Positions 57,459-64,000 of a stretch of DNA of 64,000 bases are shown in pieces; within the stretch, counting starts at the first letter, position 1; each line of letters starts with the position of its first letter. The DNA is from Acidimicrobiia bacterium (GTDB lineage Bacteria > Actinomycetota > Acidimicrobiia > Spongiisociales > ZC4RG35), in the NCBI GenBank assembly GCA_035544615.1, contig DATKEA010000002.1, positions 2,795-66,794 of the forward strand. The letters are read 5' to 3'. Below the pieces are notes generated by a model. It saw only the letters and a program-made list of their open reading frames with translations. It made no database searches and had not been told where the DNA came from. Both the position numbers and the translations under genes were made by a program.

Positions 57459-58838
57459 TCAGCCCGCGGCCGCGTTGGTGATGGCCTCGGCGGCCTCCTC
57501 GGGAGTGACGGTGCCTGCGAACAGAGTTTGGACCACGTCGTTCACTGCGGCGCCGAGCTCCGGGGTGAAGAACTGATCCAGGTAGAGCTGGACGAAGGTG
57601 GCGTTGCCCAGGCCTTCCAGCACCGCGAGCTGGTAGGGATCCGTGATCGAGACCTCGGCCCCCTTGGTCACCGGGAGGGTGGTCCCGGTCTCGCCAGTGC
57701 GGATCGCCTGGTCGAGGCTGGTGATGTACTCGAGGAACTGCACCGCTTCGAGCGGAGCGTCCCTGCCCACGGCGAACCCGTCGCCACCACCGAAGCCGTC
57801 GGTCGGGGCCCCGGCCCCGCCTTCCACCGCCGGGAACGGGAACCACCCGAACTCACCGGGGAGACGGTCGGCGATCGGATCCTCTGGGACGCCGATCCCC
57901 GATTGGTTGGCGTATGCCCCCGGGCCCCACTGCCCCATGAGGCTGATCGCGGCCTGTCCGGTGCCTATGGCCCCGGACTCACCGTCGGGCGCATCCCACG
58001 GTGCGGCGAGGAACCCGGGCTGGAACGGCTCCAGGTCGATCAAGCGCTGGAGCTCGTTGCCCGCTTCGATGAACTCGGGCTTGTTGAAGTCGAGGTCCCC
58101 GGCGACCTGGTTCATGGCAGCCTCGCCGCCCTCACGGATCATAAGGTACGAGTAGTAGAAGTGGGCGGGCCACTTGTCTCCGGCACCGACCGCGATCGGG
58201 GTGATACCTGCGTCCTTGAGGGCCTGCACGTCCTCGAGGAATTCGTCCCAAGTCGCCGGAGGGGCGTCGATCCCGGCCTGAGCGAACAGGTCCTTGTTGT
58301 ACCAGAAGCCGACCATGCCCAGGTTGAACGGGATTCCGTACTGCACGCCGTCGACCTGATAGAGACCTACCGCGCCCTCGGTGAGGTTGCCGATGAACCC
58401 CGAGGACGACTCGGTGATGTCCTGGACTAGCCCGGCATCGACCTGTTCCCGCAGGCCACCGCCACCCCAGGACTGGAAGAGGTCGGGCACGTCACCCGCC
58501 TGGAGGTTGGTCTGAAGCGCAGCCTTGAATGCCTCGTTCTCCATCACGGTGATGTTGATGGTGACGTGAGGGTTGGCCGCCATGAACTCGTCGGCGAAGG
58601 TCTGCCACACGGTCATCATCGGGTCGGTGTTCTGTATGTGCCACCACTCGACGGTGACTGGCTCCATCTCCTCGTCGGGTGCCGCTGTGGTCGCCGGTGC
58701 CGCGGTGGTCTCGCTGACATCGGTCGCCGTCGTGGTGGTGGTGTCATCGGCATCACCGGAGCCGCCGCCTCCACACGCAGCGAGGATGAGTGCCAGCACA
58801 GCAAGCACCACCAACGGGATCTTTCTCATTCGATTCAC
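57459..58838 (-). CDS. Sugar ABC transporter substrate-binding lipoprotein
   Basis: Lipobox LALILAACGGG, a Thr/Ala-rich linker, then a family-1 solute-binding-protein-like body. It is the first gene of the operon. Confidence 0.85.
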   Translation of the reverse strand: MNRMRKIPLVVLAVLALILAACGGGGSGDADDTTTTTATDVSETTAAPATTAAPDEEMEPVTVEWWHIQNTDPMMTVWQTFADEFMAANPHVTINITVMENEAFKAALQTNLQAGDVPDLFQSWGGGGLREQVDAGLVQDITESSSGFIGNLTEGAVGLYQVDGVQYGIPFNLGMVGFWYNKDLFAQAGIDAPPATWDEFLEDVQALKDAGITPIAVGAGDKWPAHFYYSYLMIREGGEAAMNQVAGDLDFNKPEFIEAGNELQRLIDLEPFQPGFLAAPWDAPDGESGAIGTGQAAISLMGQWGPGAYANQSGIGVPEDPIADRLPGEFGWFPFPAVEGGAGAPTDGFGGGDGFAVGRDAPLEAVQFLEYITSLDQAIRTGETGTTLPVTKGAEVSITDPYQLAVLEGLGNATFVQLYLDQFFTPELGAAVNDVVQTLFAGTVTPEEAAEAITNAAAG

Positions 58839-58879
58839 GCGCTTTCTCCTTTTTACGTGTCGGGTCCTTGTTCTGTCGT

Positions 58880-58893
58880 TGAAATCGTTTTCA
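58880..58893. promoter_or_regulatory. Candidate LacI-family operator upstream of the sugar ABC operon
   Basis: TGAAATCGTTTTCA is a 14-bp sequence with a central CG, 12/14 self-complementary. It lies 42 nt upstream of the SBP start and downstream of the lacI-family gene. Confidence 0.5.
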
Positions 58894-58945
58894 AAGACCC
58901 AAGGTTGATCGTGCTCTGTTTCTGATTCTTCCTCCTCGTTTGTCG

Positions 58946-59959
58946 TCAGCTCCGTGGGGCCCGGCAGGACTGCCGGATCACCAACTCGGTCGGTAACGTC
59001 AGGTGTATCGGGCTGTCGCCCGGCTCGTCGATCAGGCCGACGAGCAGCTTCGCCGCTTCGAAACCCATCTCTTGGATCGATTGGTCGATGGTGGTGAGCG
59101 GGGGGTTGGCCAGGGCGGACTCCGGAATGTTGTCAAAGCCGATCACCGAGAGGTCGTCGGGGACCGTCATCCCCAGTGAGCGGGCGACCACCATGGTCTG
59201 AATCGCCGACACGTCGTTGGCCGCGAAGATCGCGGTGGGGGGACGGCTCAGCTGGAGCAGCTCTCGCGCCGGCGCTTCGGCCGACTCTGGTTTGTAGCCT
59301 CCGACTCCGACCAGGTCCGGATCGAAGGCAATCCCGGCTCTGTCTAGCGCCTCCCGGTAGCCCAACTCGCGCAGACGCGCCGACTCCAGGTCGGGGCGCC
59401 CGGACAAGAAGCCGATGCGGCGATGTCCCAGTGAGATCAGGTATTCCGTTGCGGCGACCGCGCCCTCCAGGTTTTGCGAGTCGACCGTGGGCAGGGTGGA
59501 GGACCCGGCATGGGGGTCGACGGCTACCACAGGAGCCCCACTCGACACCTCGACGACCGTGGGGGTGACGAGGATGGTCCCATCGGTGAGGGTCCCGTTG
59601 AGTCGGGATAGATAGCGACGCTCCCAGCCGACCTGGTCCTCTGCGTGGCCACCGCCGGAGTAGACGATCAGCTCGTAGCCGGTGCCGTGGATCGCCCTGG
59701 CGGCGCCCTTCAACAACTCGGCGCTGAAGGGCTCGATGTCGGCGACGATGATGCCGATCACGTTGGTGCGTCGACTGCGCAGGCTTCTCGCCACCAAGCT
59801 CGATTCATAGCCGAGGTCGGCGATCACCGCTTGGACCCGGGTAAATGTTCCCGGTGCGACCCCGTAGCGCCCGTTGACCACCCTCGAGACGGTGGCGATC
59901 GACACTCCCGCCTGCTCGGCCACGTCGCCGATGGTGACCCTGTCGCTTGAAGGTCTCAT
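58946..59959 (-). CDS. LacI-family transcriptional regulator
   Basis: N-terminal HTH VTIGDVAEQAGVSIATVSRVVNG, then a periplasmic-binding-protein-like sugar-binding core. Confidence 0.9.
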   Translation of the reverse strand: MRPSSDRVTIGDVAEQAGVSIATVSRVVNGRYGVAPGTFTRVQAVIADLGYESSLVARSLRSRRTNVIGIIVADIEPFSAELLKGAARAIHGTGYELIVYSGGGHAEDQVGWERRYLSRLNGTLTDGTILVTPTVVEVSSGAPVVAVDPHAGSSTLPTVDSQNLEGAVAATEYLISLGHRRIGFLSGRPDLESARLRELGYREALDRAGIAFDPDLVGVGGYKPESAEAPARELLQLSRPPTAIFAANDVSAIQTMVVARSLGMTVPDDLSVIGFDNIPESALANPPLTTIDQSIQEMGFEAAKLLVGLIDEPGDSPIHLTLPTELVIRQSCRAPRS

Positions 59960-60209
59960 GCCAGGCCGACCTCAGAGTCGTTAACGATGTCGATAACGTT
60001 TACAACCTACCTACGTAGACCTCCCGGCCGCAACCGAGAACGGGGGTCTTGTCTACTTTCTGGTCTGCTGCGGGGACGGCTCGCCTCACCCGAGCGAGGT
60101 TGTTCAGCCTCGAATGACGAAGCGAGAGCGGTCTGAGATCGGGTCATCGACTCATTGCGCATCCCGACCCGGCGACATTTGCCGCCAGGGCAAATACTGT
60201 GGGTCCCTG

Positions 60210-61214
60210 ATGGCCGTCTTGACCGACAAGTTCGAACGCCCGGTACGCGATTTGCGGTTGTCGGTCACCGACCGCTGCAACTTCCGTTGCACCTACTGCA
60301 TGCCGAAGGAGCTGTTCGGCAAAGACCACGAGTTCCTTCCCCGCGGCCAGCTGTTGAGCTTCGACGAGATCTCGATGCTGGTCGCGCTGTTCGTCGAACG
60401 AGGGGTCGAGAAGGTACGGATAACGGGCGGGGAGCCGCTCCTGCGCAAGGATCTGGAGAAGCTGATCGGGATGCTGCGGTCGATCGACGGGGTTCGGGAC
60501 TTGACCTTGACCACCAACGCATCTCTTCTGGTCAGAAAGGCCCGCAGCCTGGCCGCCGCCGGCCTGGACCGGGTAACGGTCAGCCTCGATGCTCTCGACG
60601 ACCCCACATTCCAGAGGATGAACGACGTTGGCTTCCCGGTGGCCGCGGTGCTGGAGGGAATCGAGGCCGCCGCCGAGGCGGGACTAGGCCCGATCAAGGT
60701 GAACGCCGTGGTCCAGCGTGGTGTCAACGATCACGCAGTCATCGAAATGGCCAGGCATTTCAAGGGCACCGATCACATTGTGAGATTCATCGAGTACATG
60801 GATGTCGGGACGACCAACGGCTGGCGTCTCGACGACGTAGTTCCCGCCGAAGAGATGATCTCAGCCATCAACGCGGTCCTTCCCTTGGAGCCGATCCCTC
60901 CCAACTACCCGGGAGAAGTTGCCAATCGTTTCCGGTATCTCGACGGAGAGGGCGAGGTCGGGGTGATCGCCTCGGTGACCAAGCCGTTCTGTGGCTCCTG
61001 CACCAGGGCCCGGGTCTCGGCCGAGGGCACGCTCTACACCTGCCTATTTGCCTCCTCCGGCACCAGTCTGCGAGATGCGATACGCGCTGGAGACGACGTG
61101 GGTGCCATCGTCGATCGGGTCTGGTCGGCCCGAGAGGATCGCTACTCCGAGATCCGCTCATCCCAGACGGTGACCATCGGCTCCAAGGTGGAGATGAGCT
61201 ACATCGGGGGCTAG
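60210..61214 (+). CDS. moaA: GTP 3',8-cyclase (molybdenum cofactor biosynthesis protein A)
   Basis: The ATG at 60210 gives MAVLTDKFERPVRDLRLSVTDRCNFRCTYCMP (radical-SAM CxxxCxxC). The C-terminal cluster is FCGSCTRARVSAEG, ending in GG. The ORF-track start at 60114 is an upstream extension. Confidence 0.9.
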   Translation: MAVLTDKFERPVRDLRLSVTDRCNFRCTYCMPKELFGKDHEFLPRGQLLSFDEISMLVALFVERGVEKVRITGGEPLLRKDLEKLIGMLRSIDGVRDLTLTTNASLLVRKARSLAAAGLDRVTVSLDALDDPTFQRMNDVGFPVAAVLEGIEAAAEAGLGPIKVNAVVQRGVNDHAVIEMARHFKGTDHIVRFIEYMDVGTTNGWRLDDVVPAEEMISAINAVLPLEPIPPNYPGEVANRFRYLDGEGEVGVIASVTKPFCGSCTRARVSAEGTLYTCLFASSGTSLRDAIRAGDDVGAIVDRVWSAREDRYSEIRSSQTVTIGSKVEMSYIGG

Positions 61215-61243
61215 GCGCCTTCGCAACCCTCTGACCAGGAGCT

Positions 61244-62410
61244 TTACCCTTCTGCGTCTTCGGCGTTCCGCACAGGTTCCGCGGGAGCACCATGCGCAGC
61301 ATCAATTGCGTCCCGGGCCCGGTCCTCGGATTCGGGCATCAGATGGGCGTAGGTACGCAAGGTGAAGCCCGGGTCGTGGTGGCCCAGATACTCGGACACC
61401 GCCCGGATGGACACCCCGCCATCGAGGAGCACTGAGGCGTAATGGTGACGGAGTGCGTGCATCCCCGTCTCCCGGCTCCGCTCGATCCCGGCCGCTGACA
61501 AAGCCGGCTGCCACGCGTTGTGAGTGAAGTAGGCCCGGGTCAGCGGCCCTCGGTCCCGGTTGGTGAACAACAGCTTGCCCGAGACCGCTTCGCCGCCCGG
61601 CTCGCGCCATGGCAACAGGACCTCCGACGTCCCGTATCGGCGTAAATGCTCTGCCAGGGCCACCGACACGACATCGGGCAGGGGAACCTCACGCTCCCGG
61701 CCGCCCTTCGGCGGGGCGAAAACGGTCTGATTCTCGACGAGGCGGAGCTGCCGACGGACATAGACCACCCGACGCAGGAAGTCGATGTTGTCGACCGTGA
61801 GACCGAAGATCTCACCCTGCCTGAACCCACAACCGGCGCCGAGCACCGGAGCGGCCCGAAACTCGGCCGGATGGCTCTCAACGACTCTCTGGGCCGTCTC
61901 GACAGACCAGGGCACCACTCGGCGCCGGTCCACCCGTGGTGCCTTCACCGAGGAGACGACGCAAGGGTTCGACGGGATCAGCCCGTCCTCCACCGCTGCG
62001 GAGAGAATCGTCGACAGGTTGGACAGCAACAACCGACAGTAGGAGGTTGCCACTTCGGTCTGACGGCTCCGTACCCAGGCCTGGACCGTGGACGGTTTCA
62101 GGTGGCGCAGCTCGATGTCCCCGATCGTCGGTACGATGTGAGTTCGGACACGCGACTCCATCGTCTCCCGGGTAGAAGCGTCGAAGGTTTGCGATTTGAG
62201 CCACTGTGTGGCGAAGTCAGCCAGTGTGACCCTCCCCGCCCGAGGGTCCACATAACGGCCGGTCACTAGATCAGCTGTCACCTGGTCGAGCCATCGTTGC
62301 GCGTCCACCTTCCTGGTGAAGGTTCTCGATTTCTCATGGCCATCTGGATCGCGGTAGCGGGCCTGCCACCGTCGCTCGAGATCCCTCCCACGGTCCCTGA
62401 TGTGCGCCAT
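61244..62410 (-). CDS. int: Tyrosine-type site-specific recombinase (phage/AICE-type integrase)
   Basis: N-terminal arm/SAM-like domain (RWQARYRDPDGHEKSRTFTRKVDAQRWLDQV). Catalytic region motifs: GLRxGE-like GFRQGEIFGL, HALRHHYASVLL and LGHHDPGFTLRTYAHL. Confidence 0.9.
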   Translation of the reverse strand: MAHIRDRGRDLERRWQARYRDPDGHEKSRTFTRKVDAQRWLDQVTADLVTGRYVDPRAGRVTLADFATQWLKSQTFDASTRETMESRVRTHIVPTIGDIELRHLKPSTVQAWVRSRQTEVATSYCRLLLSNLSTILSAAVEDGLIPSNPCVVSSVKAPRVDRRRVVPWSVETAQRVVESHPAEFRAAPVLGAGCGFRQGEIFGLTVDNIDFLRRVVYVRRQLRLVENQTVFAPPKGGREREVPLPDVVSVALAEHLRRYGTSEVLLPWREPGGEAVSGKLLFTNRDRGPLTRAYFTHNAWQPALSAAGIERSRETGMHALRHHYASVLLDGGVSIRAVSEYLGHHDPGFTLRTYAHLMPESEDRARDAIDAAHGAPAEPVRNAEDAEG

Positions 62411-62518
62411 GCACGCCCCCTTTCGTCTCCGGCCGGCCGTTCCTAGCTGTGGCGTTTGGTCGGGATCGATCGATCATCGCTTGCCGGTCTCAACGTACAG
62501 GTCGGTGCCGACACCTGC

Positions 62519-62710
62519 TCAGCGGCTGACATCGTGGAGTTGATGATCGATCCACTCTTCGACGTCGCGCCACCGGAAGCGGAGGTGTTTACCGACCCGA
62601 AACCCCAATGGGCCTTCGCGTCGGTAGCGCCAGGCATAGATGGTGGCCACGGGCACACCGAGGTACTCGGCGAGCTCCTCCACGGTGAGCAGCCGATTTA
62701 GAGCTTCCAT
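62519..62710 (-). CDS. xis: Excisionase-family helix-turn-helix DNA-binding protein
   Basis: 63 aa. LLTVEELAEYLGVPVATIYAWRYRREGPLGFRVGKHLRFRWRDVEEWI is a typical Xis/MerR-like HTH. It lies directly upstream of int. Confidence 0.8.
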   Translation of the reverse strand: MEALNRLLTVEELAEYLGVPVATIYAWRYRREGPLGFRVGKHLRFRWRDVEEWIDHQLHDVSR

Positions 62711-62862
62711 GCCCTGATCCTGCGTTTGGACCCTTTCAACACGATGTCAGAACCGCTTGAAGTCCCTTCTTTTCGGTACCGCCGCTGGTAGAGGGTGGCT
62801 ACCGGCACACCGAGACAGTCGGCGAGCTCCTCGACGGTGATGAGCTGGTTGTCGTGTTCCAT
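62698..62862 (-). pseudogene. Decayed tandem duplicate of the excisionase gene
   Basis: MEHDNQLITVEELADCLGVPVATLYQRRYRKEG parallels the xis N-terminus. Similarity then continues only in another frame (DFKRF-stop-HRVERV), which is the frame that runs into the xis ATG. Confidence 0.55.
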
Positions 62863-63195
62863 GCCGGCGATGATGGGTGGGCACCCTCCCAACTCACTCC
62901 CATTACCCCTCTCATACCGTGATCGGCGTGGATTGACGTCCAGGTAGCGATTCTGATCGGGTCCGGTGTAATCGACGCGGAAAGGCGTATCGGGCCTGGT
63001 CAGAGGGGTCGGGGAATGCTTTTGGGAGTGGTTTGGGAGGATGAACTGGTCTTGTTCCCATCGATGACTTGTCGATCGTTTCCCCGGTCCGTGACGGCTC
63101 GGTCACCACATCGAATCTCAACTCGGCCATGGGCACCACCTTCAATACCACGTTCACCTCCAACAAGGATGCGGCTTCACTCAGGCGGTGTCAGT

Positions 63196-63230
63196 CATGT
63201 CTCCGGAACGTCCGACATGTCTCCAGAACG
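63196..63230. repeat. Two direct 15-mers CATGTCTCC(G/A)GAACG with 20-nt periodicity
   Basis: The copies at 63196-63210 and 63216-63230 differ at one position. They lie in the non-coding part of the integrative element. Confidence 0.85.
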
Positions 63231-63686
63231 ATCCGTACGGCATCTCCCCGCTTAGAACATGCTCGGTTGTGACATCGAGATGATCGCCGGATGACAGGGT
63301 CACTGACACTCTATGGACAGGGTTGGCGGCTAGTTGGCGGTTCATGCGAGTCGCAGAACTGCTTTCAACCCAGTCACAGAATCGCTTTCACGTCGCTGCC
63401 GAGGTCCAGGAAGGCTGTCCGCACCTTCGCCAAGCAGGCGGAGTGCGGTTGGGAAGACAGTTGTGGGCATTCCGCCCAACGGCTGTTCTTGCTCCGGCGG
63501 AGGCCGAGAACGGCTGAAATCGAAATGAAAGCGTCCCAAACGATCATGAGGCCGATGTCAGTCACGGCAGAGGAGCCCACGGATGCACTCGGTACAGCCA
63601 CCGACCCGATGATGCGACCGACGAGTAGCGCGCCTCGCGTACCGACCCCCTCGAAAGACACACGCACATGCAACAAGTTGCCCGAT

Positions 63687-63700
63687 GTCTACATGTAGAC
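63687..63700. promoter_or_regulatory. Perfect 14-bp palindrome GTCTACATGTAGAC abutting the RBS of the 63714 gene (candidate operator)
   Basis: It is self-complementary over all 14 nt. AGGGGAGG follows at 63701-08 and the ATG at 63714. Confidence 0.5.
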
Positions 63701-63713
63701 AGGGGAGGCTGGG

Positions 63714-64000
63714 ATGAGTCTTGAGCGGAACAGGTTGGCCAGGATCGACCGGCGACTGCTGGCAGGGCTCGACCGGGACGAGTCTTTTCGGATGGTGAGG
63801 GTGCCGGTGACGGTGGCGATGTGGTCGATGTGGAAGCGTTACTGCGACGGAGCCGGCATCTCGATGGGCCGAGCCATCGTCACCCTGATCGCACACGAGC
63901 TAGTGAGCGTGCTCGGCGAAGGCAACGGCGAGGGGGTTGCTGTTTTGGCGGACCAAGCCGAAGAACAGCTTGCGGTCCGCGAGCGGCAGGTTGCCGCCCG
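63714..64000 (+). CDS. Hypothetical protein with RHH-like N-terminal pattern (3' end outside window)
   Basis: Own translation: MSLERNRLARIDRRLLAGLDRDESFRMVRVPVTVAMWSMWKRYCDGAGISMGRAIVTLIAHEL... It has a strong SD and good GC3. The strand-helix-helix pattern (VRVPV / AMWSMWKRYC / MGRAIVTLIAHEL) is only suggestive. It is absent from the ORF track because it is open at the window end. Confidence 0.55.
   Translation, partial: MSLERNRLARIDRRLLAGLDRDESFRMVRVPVTVAMWSMWKRYCDGAGISMGRAIVTLIAHELVSVLGEGNGEGVAVLADQAEEQLAVRERQVAA

Larger units (their letters stand above)
61215..64000. mobile_element. One end of an integrative element (tyrosine integrase + excisionase, lower-GC poorly coding region); continues beyond window
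   Basis: An int-xis pair faces moaA. There is a decayed xis duplicate, followed by repeat-rich AT-richer DNA with no recognisable housekeeping genes. Confidence 0.6.

Noticed and set aside
62464-62475. (GATC)x3 run between xis and int
   Set aside because: It is a short simple palindromic repeat. There is no evidence of Dam-type regulation in this lineage, and it may be chance in a 108-nt spacer.
62912-63166. 84-aa minus-strand ORF upstream of the decayed xis copy
   Set aside because: Codon bias decays midway, there is no motif, and the start is ambiguous. The evidence is insufficient to call a gene.
63291-63698. Plus-strand 135-aa ORF and minus-strand 100-aa ORF (63374..63676) in the integrative element
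   Set aside because: The plus ORF has poor GC3 and an implausible composition. The minus ORF has moderate GC3 (~70%) and two hydrophobic stretches, but it has no RBS and I recognise no family. It is kept only as a possibility in the palindrome finding.

Overview
This is a 64-kb high-GC chromosomal segment (roughly 60-65% GC by eye, with strong GC3 bias and many GTG/TTG starts and 4-nt gene overlaps) from an actinobacterium. The order tilS-hpt-ftsH-folE-folP-folB-folK...panC-lysS-clpC matches, from memory, the conserved block of Mycobacterium tuberculosis Rv3625c-Rv3596c.

Content in order:
- The 3' part of a Tad/Flp pilus locus (cpaF-tadB-tadC-flp and two TadE-like genes).
- A SnoaL-like protein, ybaK, polX, an F420-type nitroreductase and PIN-PhoH2.
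- A GH-A-like TIM-barrel gene translationally coupled to an orphan multi-TM histidine kinase.
- topA, tmk-holB, tRNA-Thr(CGU), sigH-rshA, a DUF2342 Zn-metalloprotease and tilS-hpt-ftsH.
- An RHH gene coupled to a frameshifted DUF4097 gene.
- The folate operon, which has two oddities.
- A DUF2520 protein, panC, lysS, a polyprenyl synthase, clpC and a VanY-like peptidase.
- All 14 nuo genes.
- A bactofilin-like membrane protein.
- A LacI-controlled sugar ABC/GH3 beta-glucosidase operon.
- moaA, and one end of an integrase/excisionase integrative element.

Most of the window is ordinary core genome.

Most notable observation: a 3.2-kb, three-gene, opposite-strand cassette sits exactly between nuoD and nuoE and splits the Complex I operon. 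It carries PadR, a HAAS/DUF1700 membrane sensor and a Tat-signal amidohydrolase. It is bracketed by 53-bp imperfect inverted repeats (48/53 matches), and it contains no transposase.

Secondary observations:
- A 1-nt frameshift in a C4 run within the DUF4097 gene.
- A catalytically dead phosphatase-like gene inside the fol operon.
- A FolK-ICMT-like fusion.
- Structured spacers inside the nuo operon.
- Repeat and palindrome architecture in the integrative element after moaA.

No CRISPR array, rRNA or recognisable transposase was seen. All similarity calls are motif recognition by eye; no database search was run.
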